Notes: generated from the letters alone by a model not told the origin. DNA of 64,000 nucleotides from an uncultured Acidimicrobiaceae bacterium (GCA_963836935.1 CAWILM010000033.1:13374-77373), one strand, 5' to 3'. Shown: positions 28,208 to 39,030, counted from the stretch's first letter. Translations and numbers: made by a program.

Positions 28208-30700
28208 TTGAGCGACGACCTCCAGGGGATCGGATGGTGGCTCGCGTCTGACGGCAAGTGGTACGCGCCGGACTTGCATCCCGCCGCGCGTTATGCGGCA
28301 CCCGGCGAACAAGCCCGCATTGCCGCCCTCTTCGACGCCGCGATCGGCGTGGCCCGAGTCCGGGACAAGGTCTACGCCCAAGTCCATGGCCAGGTCAGGA
28401 GCGGGACTTTCTCCCCGGACGAGCATGGCGGCGCTTCTTCCGGCGCGCGAAACGGCGGTGCCGATGAAGAGAACCCCGGCCGAACGGCCGACCGTCGACG
28501 CGACGGGGATCTGCCCCGTTTCGGCGGCCTGGACGGGCCAAACTGGCCGTTCGAGCCGCGGGGCGCATCGGAACCGATCACCTCGAAGCCCGAGACCCGG
28601 TGGAAGCCCGATGCACGACAAAGAGCCGACTCGAGACGGCCACCATCCCGGTCGCCGTCGGGGCCTGACCGCCCCGCTCCCCCGCCGCGAGCCCCGGAAC
28701 GACACCCGCGCGCGGCTGCCGGGCCAGAACCCGTGCCCCGCTGGCATCCCGTCCAGACCCACGAGCCCGAGAAGCCCTCTGACCAGGGCACGGCGTTCGC
28801 TCCCGAACCACCGGCTCCGCCGGCCGCCTCAGCGGCGTCGGCGCTGGCGTCACCGTCGCCCCCCGTCGCCCCGCCGCCTGCTCCCCCGCCTCCGGCGCCA
28901 AGGTTCGCGATCTCGCAGCCCACATCGGCCGCACCACCTGTCATGGCCCCGCCGCCTGTCACGGCCCCGCCGCCTGCAACAAACCTCGAGAGAATCGGCC
29001 CGCCGCCGAGCGCGCGCCGTCGCCCCGCGACGGTCAGGCCAACCTCGGACCTGCGTGAGGCGGTGGCGGGAGCCGTCGCCCGCGCCGCGGCCCAGGGGCC
29101 GCTCATGCCGAGAGGACCGGACGAGTCGGCCCCCGGGGACGGTCCGGCACCGCAAGTCGAGCCGTGGGCCTACGACGAAGGTCCCTCTGCTGGGCCCGGC
29201 ACCGCCGACTCTCAGCCGGCCATCGTCGCACCGACGCCTCTCGACGCCGGCTCGCGGATGTACGACCCCTATGACGACTTCGTCAGAATGGCCGGTGCAC
29301 GTGCCCTGGCCGACGCGGTCCCGAGACGGCGCAGCAACCGCCCGGCGGCGGCGCCGCTCGGGATGTCACCTCTCCAAGACGGGGAAACTTCCGACCTGGG
29401 AACGGAGTCGATCTCGGCCGGGGGGGCGACGTACGCAGCCGACTCGAGGACCGCCCAGGTCGTGAGCCCGGCCTCTGGAGAGCCCGAGCTTGCTGCTTGT
29501 GCCGAGCCAGAAGTTGCCGCCCGGGACGAACAAGAGCTTTCTGCTCATGCCGAGCCCGAGCCCGAGCCCGCGGCCCCTGCCGAGCCAGAGCTGGCTGCCA
29601 ACGGCGAGCAAGAGCTGGCTGCCAACGGCGAGCAAGAGCTGCACTTCCCCCATTCCTCCGACGGTGAGGAAGCAGCCTGGCCGATCGGCGAACGGCGATC
29701 GGTCGCACGCCAGGCGCGCAAGCCATTGCCGGCGGCTCTTCAGGCGGTCGTCGCCTCCGAGGTCTCCCACGCCAACTCAGACACGCAGGCATCGGAGCCG
29801 CTCGCCTCGCGACAGCCCCAGGCGCCGACGCCGACACTGTTGGGCGCCGCCGCCACAAGCAGCAACCAAGGGCCGACACCGGTCACAGCCAAGAAGGCCG
29901 GCCTCATCCGCCGCTACGGCTCGGCCATCGCGATTGTCGTGCTCTTCGTCGCGGCAGCCGGGGCAGCCGCCGGCATCGCCGCCTTCAGGGGTCCCACTCA
30001 GCCCGGGCTCACGACCGTCGCCCAGGCGCAACAGGCGGCGAACAACGTCGTCCTCAGGACCGGCGACTTCCCGCCCCCTTGGCACGTGGCAAAGACCGGG
30101 GTCACAGCCAGCTCTTACGGGGTCGCCTCAGGGCTCGTGACGCCCTCGCTCGTCCGTTCCTGGACCGCTTCGAACCCGGGATGCGCCGACGACATCCAAA
30201 GGGTCAGCGCCGTTCTAAGGGCCTCTGATGCCAGTGCGACCGCCGTGGCCTCCACCCAAGCGGCCGCTTCGGACCCGCTGGGCGGTTCCTGGCAGACCGC
30301 GGATGTGGTCGCCATCCACTCCAACGCCACGACGGTGACGAGGGACCTGGCAGCACTGCGTTCCCTGCTCACCGGGCCAACCGCGAGATCGTGCCTCAAC
30401 AGGTTCTGGTCGGCATCCATGCTGGCCGGACTCCCGAACGGCTCGCACGTCTCGCTGTCGGTGGCGCCGGCGTCGCTTCCCGCCCTTCCTGGGAGCCCGC
30501 CGTCGTGGGCGATGTCCATGGGCGGCACGGCCGTGGCCCGGGGCGTGACGCTGCCGTTCCGTTGCGAGGTCATCTCGTTCGCCGTCGGTCATGCCCAGGT
30601 GAGCTTCACGTCGTCGTCGAAGCTTGCCCCCCTCCCGCTCAGCCTCAACCAGGCGCTGCTCGTCGTGCTCGCGACCCGGGCTGAGCTGGAGACCTCCTGA
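28208..30700 (+). CDS. Large Pro-rich single-pass membrane protein with N-terminal GWWLASDGKWY motif
   Basis: 847-aa ORF with low-complexity Pro/Ala linker, TM segment IAIVVLFVAAAGAAAGIAAF and a Cys-containing C-terminal domain. TTG start at 28208 is inferred. Confidence 0.75.
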   Translation: MSDDLQGIGWWLASDGKWYAPDLHPAARYAAPGEQARIAALFDAAIGVARVRDKVYAQVHGQVRSGTFSPDEHGGASSGARNGGADEENPGRTADRRRDGDLPRFGGLDGPNWPFEPRGASEPITSKPETRWKPDARQRADSRRPPSRSPSGPDRPAPPPRAPERHPRAAAGPEPVPRWHPVQTHEPEKPSDQGTAFAPEPPAPPAASAASALASPSPPVAPPPAPPPPAPRFAISQPTSAAPPVMAPPPVTAPPPATNLERIGPPPSARRRPATVRPTSDLREAVAGAVARAAAQGPLMPRGPDESAPGDGPAPQVEPWAYDEGPSAGPGTADSQPAIVAPTPLDAGSRMYDPYDDFVRMAGARALADAVPRRRSNRPAAAPLGMSPLQDGETSDLGTESISAGGATYAADSRTAQVVSPASGEPELAACAEPEVAARDEQELSAHAEPEPEPAAPAEPELAANGEQELAANGEQELHFPHSSDGEEAAWPIGERRSVARQARKPLPAALQAVVASEVSHANSDTQASEPLASRQPQAPTPTLLGAAATSSNQGPTPVTAKKAGLIRRYGSAIAIVVLFVAAAGAAAGIAAFRGPTQPGLTTVAQAQQAANNVVLRTGDFPPPWHVAKTGVTASSYGVASGLVTPSLVRSWTASNPGCADDIQRVSAVLRASDASATAVASTQAAASDPLGGSWQTADVVAIHSNATTVTRDLAALRSLLTGPTARSCLNRFWSASMLAGLPNGSHVSLSVAPASLPALPGSPPSWAMSMGGTAVARGVTLPFRCEVISFAVGHAQVSFTSSSKLAPLPLSLNQALLVVLATRAELETS
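29478..29641 (+). repeat. Intragenic 24-nt tandem repeat (8-aa unit E[PQ]ELAAxx)
   Basis: Exact GAGCTGGCTGCCAACGGCGAGCAA x2 at 29588-29635, plus degenerate upstream copies (EPELAACA, EPEVAARD, EQELSAHA). Confidence 0.85.
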
Positions 30701-30729
30701 CAGGCAACCCTCCTCCTCGGCGCCGGTTC

Positions 30730-32014
30730 TCAGACGAGATAGGGGTACAGCGGCATCGCGCCCGTGCAGCTCGGCAACCCGGCCGGCCAGGGATCCGTCG
30801 CGTTCCTCGCCGGGGTTCGCCAGAGCGTCCGCGAGAATGGCACCGACCTCGGCGAAGTGCTCGCGGCCAAAGCCCCGGCTCGCGAGCGCCGTCGCTCCGA
30901 AGCGCAGCCCTGAGCACGCCGGTTTTTCGCGCGGGTCGTAGGCGAGCGCGATCGCGTTGGCGGAGATCCCGATCTTGTTGAGCCACCGGAGCGTCGCCCC
31001 CGCCTCGCGACCGGCAGGTGCGAGGTCTACGAGCAGCTGGTGGACGTCGGTGCCGCCGGTGACGACAGCCGCCCGGGTCCTATGCTCCGCCGCGACGAGC
31101 ACCTGCGCCATTGTCCGCGCCCCCGCCACGGTGCGCTCCATCCGCTCGCGGAATTCGTCGGTCCCTGCAAGCTTGAACGTCACCGCCTTGGCGGCGATCA
31201 CGTGCGGAAGCGGGCAACCCTGTTCGCCGGGATACACGGCGGCGTCGATCCGCTCGGCGAGCTCGCGCCGGCACAGGATGGCACCGCCCCGCGCCCCACC
31301 GAGAGTCTTGTGAACCGTCATCGTGCAGGCGTCCGCCAGCGGGACCGGGTCGGGATGCACCTTGGCGGCGACTAGGCCGGCGATGTGGGCCATGTCGACC
31401 ACGAGCGCGGCACCGATCTCGTCGGCGATGGCCCGGAACCGCGGGAAGTCGAGGTGGCGGCTGTAGCACGACCAGCCGGCGAACACGACCCGCGGCCGGT
31501 GGCGCCGGGCGAGCCGCTCGACTTCGTCCATGTCCACCAGCCGGTCGTCGCGCCGCACGTGATAGGCGACGGCCCGGTAGTTGCGCCCCGCGAAGGTCTC
31601 GGGGCCGCACTGTGTCGGGTGACCACCGTGGGCGAAGTCGAAACCGAGCACGACGTCACCCGGCTCGCAAAGGGCGTGCAGCACGGCGGCGTTGGCGCTC
31701 GCGCCCGAGTAGGGCTGGACGTTGGCGTGGTCGGCACCGAACAGCGCCTTCGCCCGGTTTATCGCCAGGCGCTCGATCTCATCGATCCATTCGCAGGTGT
31801 CGTAGTCGCGTCTTCCGGGATAGCCGTCCGCGTACTTCGCCGTGAGCACCGAACCTTGCGCCTCGAGAACCGCCCGGGGGGGCACGCTCTCGGACGCGAC
31901 CAGGTCAAGCGTGGACCTTTGCCGCGCGAGCTCGGAGTCGATGGCCGCGCTCACCTCGGGGTCGAGCTGGCGGAGCGTCTCCTCGAAGGGGCTATCCGGC
32001 CCGGATTCGGTCAT
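30730..32014 (-). CDS. glyA: Divergent serine hydroxymethyltransferase-family PLP enzyme (frameshift near 30765)
   Basis: SHMT fold motifs LVASES, KYADGYPG, ANVQP, DMAHIAGLV, HKTLGG, SGLRFG. The true C-terminus MPLYPYLV* is in another frame. Confidence 0.8.
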
Positions 32015-32099
32015 GGGGCCAAACTACTTGGCGCAGGCGGACTCCGGCACCGAACCGACCGGAGCCAATGCCGCAAGCCGGAAACCGCGGTGCGGTCTC

Positions 32100-33345
32100 T
32101 CAGGTCGCTCCGTGGCCGACCATGCGGACGTCGAAGTCGGCCTGTCTCGTCGCGTCCAGAACGGCCTTCGCGTGTTCACGGTTCCGCGTCTCCAACACGA
32201 TGTGGACCGCCGTCTCGCGCACCTGCAGGTCGTAGCCCTCGCGCAGGTGCTCCACCGTGACGAGATTGGCGCCATTCAGCCCGAGACAGGTGAGCAGGCG
32301 GGCGAGGCTGCCAGGCCGGTCGGGGATCCGGGCGAAAAGAACGACCCGCCGGCCGGCGTTGGTCTCGTGGCGGCGGATGACCGGGGCGAGAAGGCCCGTG
32401 TCCACGTTGCCGCCTGACAGCACCACGACTGTCGTGCCGGTGGCCGGGGGAAGGATGCGGCGTGCCATCAGCGCCGCGGCCCCGACCGCTCCGGCCCCTT
32501 CGACCACGAGCTTGGAACGCATGAGCAGCATCACCATGGCGTCGGCGATCTCGTTTTCCCCGACACCCACGATCTCGTCGACGTGGCGCTCGATCAGCCC
32601 GAGGGTGATACCGCGCGGACGCTTCACTGCGATGCCGTCGGCAAGCGTCGCGCCGGCCTTGGTAGTGGTCGCGCGGTGACTCTCCCGCCGGGCGAGGAAC
32701 GGGGCGCAGACCGCCGCCTGGACAGCGACGACCCGCACGTGCGGCGCCAGAGCATCGATGGCGCCCGCGACCCCTGAGACGAGCCCGCCCCCTCCGAGGG
32801 GCACGATCACCAGGGCGAGGTCAGCGACGTCCTCGATGCAGCTCGAGGCCGAGCGTTCCCTGCCCGGCGACGATCGCCGGATCGTCGAAGGGATGGATGA
32901 AGTGAAGACCCGCCTCCCGGGCCCTTTTCTCGGCCAGCACGACGCAGTCGTCGAGCGAGTCGCCCTCCAGATGAACCGAGGCGCCGTAGCCGATCGTCGC
33001 CTCCGCCTTGGAGACCGACGCCTCCGCCGGCATGTATACCTCGCAGCGCACGTCCGCCGCGCGTGCCGCGAGCGCGGCAGCCTGGGCGTGGTTGCCGGCC
33101 GAGGCCACGACGATGCCGGGCTTGGCCGCGGGTCCGAGCGCGGCCAGCTTCGCCGACGCACCCCGGATCTTGAACGAACCGGTCCGCTGTAGGTTCTCCG
33201 CCTTCAACACGACGCGTGCGCCCGTGAGCTCGCTGAGCAGGCGGGAAGTGAAGATCGGCGTGCGCACTGCGATGCGTTGCACGGCGGGCCGGGCGGCCTG
33301 TATCGCCTCGAGGCTGACCTCGCCCGGTCCGCTCCCCCCTGTCAC
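32100..33345 (-). CDS. ilvA: Threonine ammonia-lyase with C-terminal ACT domain (frameshift near 32835)
   Basis: KAENLQRTGSFKIRG, ASAGNHAQ, HPFDD, GGGGL, TLADGIAV, SGGNVD, PDRPGSL. Confidence 0.92.
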
Positions 33346-33354
33346 CGCGTGACC

Positions 33355-34239
33355 CTAGAAGGCCCGCACGAGCTCGACCATCAGCTCGCCGGCCTCGGTG
33401 GGGTTCTTTGCCACGAGCACGCCTGCGACCGTCAAGGCCTCCATCTTGGCCTTGGCGGTGCCCTTCGAGCCCGAGATGATGGCGCCGGCATGGCCCATCT
33501 TCCGGCCCGTCGGCGCCGTCACGCCCGCGATGTAGGCGACGACCGGCTTGTCCATCGATGACGCGATGAAGTCCGCGGCCCGCTCCTCGCCGTCCCCGCC
33601 GATCTCGCCGATCATCAGCACGGCACGGGTCTCCGGATCGGCCTGGAAGGCCGTGAGCACGTCGACGAAGCTCGAGCCCGGCACCGGGTCGCCGCCGATG
33701 CCCACACAGGTGGTCTGGCCGACCCCCTGCTGGGACAGCTCGTGCAGGGCCTGGTAGGTCAACGTGCCCGAACGGCTGACGACCCCGACCGGGCCCCCCG
33801 GCAAGGCGATGTCCCCGGAGGTGATGCCGATGTTGCACTTTCCCGGCGAGATGATGCCCGGGCAGTTGGGACCGATGAGCACGACGCCGGGGTAGTCGCG
33901 GCACAGCTGCGCGTTCACGAGCGCCTCGTCCTTGGACGGGATGTGCTCAGTTATGCACACGACGACACGGATCCCGGCCGAGGCGGCGTCGACGATCGCC
34001 GACGGCGCCGCGCGGGGCGGCACGGCGATGAAGCTCGCCGTGGCCCCGGTGGCGGCGACCGCCTCGGTGACGGTGTCGAAGATCGGAATCCCCTCCACGT
34101 CCTGACCGCCCTTGCCCGGCGTCACGCCGGCGACGACCTTGGTGCCGTAGGCGCGGTTGCGAAGGCCGTGAAAGCGGCCCTGGCTCCCGGTCAGGCCTTG
34201 GACGACCACGCGGGTCGTCTCGTCCACGAAGATGCTCAC
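33355..34239 (-). CDS. sucD: Succinyl-CoA ligase alpha subunit
   Basis: VQGLTG, GPNCPG, SRSGTLTY, GEIGG, MGHAGA. Confidence 0.97.
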   Translation of the reverse strand: MSIFVDETTRVVVQGLTGSQGRFHGLRNRAYGTKVVAGVTPGKGGQDVEGIPIFDTVTEAVAATGATASFIAVPPRAAPSAIVDAASAGIRVVVCITEHIPSKDEALVNAQLCRDYPGVVLIGPNCPGIISPGKCNIGITSGDIALPGGPVGVVSRSGTLTYQALHELSQQGVGQTTCVGIGGDPVPGSSFVDVLTAFQADPETRAVLMIGEIGGDGEERAADFIASSMDKPVVAYIAGVTAPTGRKMGHAGAIISGSKGTAKAKMEALTVAGVLVAKNPTEAGELMVELVRAF

Positions 34240-35405
34240 AGCCCCGATCCTCCTTGCGACTTGGGCGCCCCCGCGAGTTCGACCGCGCGCCGCGCGGCAC
34301 TCAGCATGGTCAGCTCGCTGATGATCTTCTCCGAAGCGCGCTCGTCGATGATCCGGCGCGCCTCGGCCACGTTGGTCCCGTCGAGGCGCAGCACGATCTG
34401 CGAAGTGATGTCCACCTTGTCCAGCGCCTTGACGATGCCGCGGGCGACCTCGTCGCAGCGCACGATCCCGCCGAAGATGTTCACGAAGATGGACCGGACG
34501 CTCGGGTCGAGGTTGATCACCTCGAGCGCACTCGCCATGCCCTCCTCGTCGGCACTGCCGCCGACGTCGAGGAAGTTCGCCGCGCTGCCGCCGACCTGGC
34601 TCACCACGTCGACGGTGCTCATGGCGAGACCGGCGCCGTTGGCGATGATGCCGACCGACCCCTCGAGGGGGATGTACGAGAGCCCTTTCGACTTGGCCAG
34701 GCGTTCGCGCTCTGTGGACTCGCTCATGTCGTCTATCTCCGCCCACTCCGGGTGGCGGAACGCCGCGTCGTCGTCGAGGGTCACCTTGGCATCGAGGGCG
34801 CGCACCACACCGTCGGTCGTGAGCACGAGCGGGTTGATCTCCACGAGGTCGGCGTCGCCTCGGATGTAGCAGTCGTAGAGCTGGACGAGGATTTCGGCGG
34901 CACCCTCCCGGGCCTGCGGGTCGAGCCCGGCGCGGGCGACCAGTTCGCGCATCGCCGCCAGGGTCACGCCGTCGAGCGGGTTGACGTGCAGCCGCGCGAT
35001 CGCGTCAGGGTCCTCGGAGGCGACCTGCTCGATGTCGATCCCGCCCCGGGCCGAGACCATGGCGAGGTGCAACTTGGCGGAGCGATCGAGCGTGAAGCTC
35101 GCGTAGTACTCCTGGGCGATGTCTGTCGCCCGCTCGATCCAAAGACGCCGGACCTTGTGGCTCTTTATGTCCATGCCCAAGATGTTCCCCACGTGCTCTC
35201 TCACCTTCGCGGCGGAATCCGCGAGCTTGATCCCGCCCGCCTTGCCACGCCCGCCGACTTGCACTTGGGCCTTCACCACCACGGGGTAGCCGAGCCGTGA
35301 GGCCGCGGCCTCGGCCTCGGCCACGGTGTCCGCGACCTCTCCGGGCGATACGGCGATGCCATAGCGCGCGAAGTACTGCTTGCCCTGGTACTCAACTAGA
35401 TCCAC
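34236..35405 (-). CDS. sucC: Succinyl-CoA ligase beta subunit
   Basis: EYQGK, KAQVQVGGRGKAGG, EINPL, NGAGLAM, NIFGGI. Confidence 0.97.
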   Translation of the reverse strand: MDLVEYQGKQYFARYGIAVSPGEVADTVAEAEAAASRLGYPVVVKAQVQVGGRGKAGGIKLADSAAKVREHVGNILGMDIKSHKVRRLWIERATDIAQEYYASFTLDRSAKLHLAMVSARGGIDIEQVASEDPDAIARLHVNPLDGVTLAAMRELVARAGLDPQAREGAAEILVQLYDCYIRGDADLVEINPLVLTTDGVVRALDAKVTLDDDAAFRHPEWAEIDDMSESTERERLAKSKGLSYIPLEGSVGIIANGAGLAMSTVDVVSQVGGSAANFLDVGGSADEEGMASALEVINLDPSVRSIFVNIFGGIVRCDEVARGIVKALDKVDITSQIVLRLDGTNVAEARRIIDERASEKIISELTMLSAARRAVELAGAPKSQGGSGL

Positions 35406-35889
35406 CAGTCACCTTCCTGTCGGTCGACGCAGTTGCTTCGGTCTTGGTCGTTTCCGTCGCGGCCCGCTCCGGCGGCCCCGCGCCTGCCCGCTCGCGTGCG
35501 TCGAGCGCTTCCTCCAAGAAGGCGGCGATCTCGGGCAGGTGCGCGCCGGGCGTGAAGACTGCGCTCACGCCGGCGGACTTCAGCGTTTCGATGTCGCGCT
35601 CGGGGATGATGCCGCCCACGACCACGATCACGTCCTCGAGCCCTTCGGCCCGTAGGCCCTCCACGACGCGGGGAACGAGGGTCAGGTGCGCCCCCGACAG
35701 CAGCGAGAGCCCCACCGCGTCGGCGTCCTCCTGCATCGCGGTCCGGACCACCTGCGCGGGGGTCTGGTGGAGACCGGTGTAGATCACCTCGAAACCGGCG
35801 TCCCGGAGGGCCCTTGCTATGACCTTGGCGCCTCGGTCATGCCCGTCGAGGCCGGGCTTGGCCACGACGATTCGGTAGCGACGTTCCAT
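35392..35889 (-). CDS. Cobalamin-binding domain protein (acyl-CoA/methylmalonyl-CoA mutase small subunit)
   Basis: AKPGLDGHDRGAK (DxHxxG), SLLSGAH, GGIIP, FTPG. Confidence 0.93.
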   Translation of the reverse strand: MERRYRIVVAKPGLDGHDRGAKVIARALRDAGFEVIYTGLHQTPAQVVRTAMQEDADAVGLSLLSGAHLTLVPRVVEGLRAEGLEDVIVVVGGIIPERDIETLKSAGVSAVFTPGAHLPEIAAFLEEALDARERAGAGPPERAATETTKTEATASTDRKVTGGSS

Positions 35890-35937
35890 TCCCTGGCGAT
35901 ACTAGGCAGCACGCCACTTGAGGACTAATCGAGCCTC

Positions 35938-36618
35938 TCAGTGCGCCACGGCGGGCAACAGCACGAAGGCGACCAGGCTCAGATGCAAGGCCGCCGCCGC
36001 CACGACGCACGCGTGGAAGATCTCGTGGTAACCGAACACTCTGGGCCACGGATCGGGACGACGGCGCGCGTACACGAGCGCGCCGAGGGTGTAGAGCAGC
36101 CCACCTGCCATCATCAGAGAAAAGCCCAGCCCGCCGAGGTAGTGCCAGAACTCTGGCATAGCCCCCACGGCGATCCACCCTACCGCCACGTAGGGCAGGG
36201 CGACGGCCCACTTCGGCGCGTCCAGCCACGCGAAGCGGATCACGACCCCGGCCGCCGACGCTCCCCAGACGAGGCCGAGGACTATCCACGCGTCCACAGG
36301 GGGAAGCGACAGGCCCGCGACCGCGGCGTAGGTCCCCGCGATGCAGACGAAGATCATGGCGTGGTCCGCGTGACGCATCTTGCGGCGCGCACCGGGCGAC
36401 CAGTCGATCCGGTGGTAGAGAGCGCTCGTGGTCAGCATCGCCGTCACCGCGAAGGCCACGGCTGCGGCGCAGACCTCCGCCTTGGCACCGTTCGCCTCGA
36501 GACCGATCAGTGGCCCGACGACCGCCATCGCGAGGGCGCCCACCTCGTGGAACCACCCGCGCAGGAGCGGTTTCGGCTTCTCGATCGCCGCCGCGGTCGC
36601 CTCCGTAGCCTGCGCCAC
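35938..36618 (-). CDS. Hemolysin III / PAQR family membrane protein
   Basis: KPLLRGWFH, SALYH, DHAMIF..IAGTY, FGYHEIFH. Confidence 0.93.
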   Translation of the reverse strand: MAQATEATAAAIEKPKPLLRGWFHEVGALAMAVVGPLIGLEANGAKAEVCAAAVAFAVTAMLTTSALYHRIDWSPGARRKMRHADHAMIFVCIAGTYAAVAGLSLPPVDAWIVLGLVWGASAAGVVIRFAWLDAPKWAVALPYVAVGWIAVGAMPEFWHYLGGLGFSLMMAGGLLYTLGALVYARRRPDPWPRVFGYHEIFHACVVAAAALHLSLVAFVLLPAVAH

Positions 36619-36632
36619 CGGCGGCACTCTAC

Positions 36633-39030
36633 CTACTGGTCGGTAGGCTCGCCAACCGGCAGCCGTTCGATCGGGCTGAGCGCCAAGAGAAAGCGCTTCT
36701 CGCCGTGTTCGGGAAAGCGAATGGCCGCGCGGGCGTCCTCACCCTGGCCCTGGACATCGACCACGACGCCGAGGCCGAAGCGGGCGTGCACGACCGCGTC
36801 ACCCGGCGCGAGGCCGAGGCGCTCGGCACCGCTCGAGGGGGCGGCTGCCTGCACCTGCGGGCGGGGGCCGTCGCCGCCGGTCAGCTTGCCGCCCCATCCC
36901 CCGCCTGCGACAGCTCCTCGCCCCCCGCCGAGGACGACGCCTTCGCCGACGTCTTCCACCAGCTCCTCGGGGATCTCTCTCAAGAACCGGCTCGGGAAGC
37001 TCTGCTGGATGCCGCCGAACAAAAGGCGGCTCCAGGTGTGGGTCAGGTACAGCCGTTCGCGGCGCCCGGGTCACCCCGACATAGCAGAGGCGACGCTCCT
37101 CCTCCAGCTCGTCGGGCTCCGACAGGCTCTGGGAGTGCGGGAAGATCCCCTCCTCCATCCCGGTGAGGAACACGACCCGGAACTCGAGGCCCTTGGCGGC
37201 GTGCAGCGTCATGAGCGACACGCTCGCGCCGTCGTCGGCGACGTCTGTAGCGGCTATGAGAGCGGTGGACTCGAGAAACGACTCGAGGTCGGTGTGCTCG
37301 GACGCCACGTTCAAGAGCTCGGCCAGGTTCTCGACGCGGCCCTCGGCTTCGATCGCACGGCCCCCGCCGATCGCTATCTCGGCCTCGAGCAGGTCGCGGT
37401 AGCCGGTCCGCGCGAGGATCGCCGCGATCAGCCGGTCCGGCGGGTTGGCGAGGAGATCCCCGGAGCGCAACTCGGAGAGCAGGCCGAGGAAGCTCCGGAC
37501 GCCTGCCAGGGCCTTCCCCGACGCGCCGGCCTCTTCGGCGCGGCGGAGCGCTTCGGCAAAGTCGATCCCCTGCTGGCGGGCGAAGTCCACCAGGCGCGCC
37601 TGGGTCGTGTCGCCGATGCCGCGTCGCGGCGTGTTGAGGATGCGCCGCAGCGACACCTCGTCGCCGGGGTTGGCGACGGCGCGCAGGTAGGCGAGCACGT
37701 CGCGCACCTCGCGCCGGTCGAAGAAGCGGGTCCCGCCGATCACGGTGTAGGCGATCCCACGATCGGCCAGGGCGGTCTCCAGCGCGCGGCTTTGGGCGTT
37801 GGTCCGGTAGAAGACTGCGATGTCGCCATAGCCGATGTTCTCGTCCCGGTGCAGGGCCGCGATCTCGCCCGTCACGAAATTGGCCTCGTCCCGGTCGTCT
37901 CCGGCCCGGTAGCGCCTGATCCGGTCGCCCTTGCCGCGCGCGCTCCAGACAGCTCCTTTTCCTGGCGGAACAGGTTGTTGCCGATGACGGCGTTGGCAGC
38001 ATCCAGGATCGTCTGGCTCGAGCGGTAATTCTGGTCGAGCACGATCATCCGGGCGTCGGGGAACGCCCGCGCGAACTCGAGCAGGTTGCGCATCTCGGCG
38101 CCCCGGAACCGGTAGATGCTCTGGTCAGTGTCGCCCACGACACACACGTTGCGCTTTGCCTCGCCGAGCTGGATCACGAGCTCGTTCTGGGCGATGTTCG
38201 TGTCCTGGTACTCGTCCACGAGGACGTGCTCGAAGCGCTCCTGGTAGTGCTCGAGCACGTCGGGGTGGTCGCGGAACATGCGCACGGTGCGGGTCAGGAG
38301 GTCGTCGAAGTCCATCGCGTTCGCCGCGCCGAGGCGCCGCTCGTACTCCGCGTAGGCCTGGGCGATCCGCCGCTCGTAGATCGTCCCGGCGCGCTCTTCG
38401 AACCGCGCCGCGTCGACCATGTCCGACTTGGCCGAGCTGATGACCCCGAGCACGGCCCGGGGTGGGAAGCGCTTCTGGTCGATGCCGAGGTCGTCGAGCA
38501 CGTGCTCGACGAGCCGGCGGCTGTCGCCGTCGTCGTAGATCGTGAAGGCGCGACCGTAGCCGATCCGTTCCGCATTGCGGCGCAGGATCCGCACGCAGGC
38601 GGCATGGAAGGTGGACACCCACATCTTGGCGGCGTCGGCTCCCACGAGCTCCACCGACGCGCCGGCGCATCTCGTCGGCGGCCTTGTTGGTGAAGGTGAT
38701 GGCGAGGATCTGCCAGGGTGCCACGCCCGAGACGACCAGGCGCGCGATGCGCCGCGTGAGGACGCGCGTCTTTCCCGAGCCCGCACCGGCGACCACGACC
38801 AGGGGGCCGCCCTCGTGCAGGACCGCCTCCCGCTGGGCGGGGTTCAGGTCCGCCACGAGCTCGGCGATCGCCGCCGCCACAGAACCGGCGCCGGCCACGG
38901 CGCCCTCCGGTTCTGCCTGGTCCTCCACAGCAGCGGTCCGGTACAGGCTGGCGAGCGGGGGCAGGTCCCCGAGCAGGTCCCACTCGTTGGCTCCCCAGTT
39001 GCCCGGAGCGCGCGGGGGTAAGACGACATC
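36633..39030 (-). CDS. pcrA: ATP-dependent DNA helicase PcrA/UvrD (3 frameshifts near 38655, 37948, 37060; start uncertain)
   Basis: [65 protein letters not shown] and a C-terminal Tudor-like domain. Confidence 0.93.

Noticed and set aside
29478-29641. CRISPR-like repeat
   Set aside because: The 24-nt units are contiguous and in frame with no spacers and no cas genes. It is a coding tandem repeat.
30215-30729. 170-aa C-terminal extension of the GlyA-like protein
   Set aside because: It is read-through from a frameshift into the antisense of the neighbouring gene. The canonical end PLYPYL* is present in another frame.
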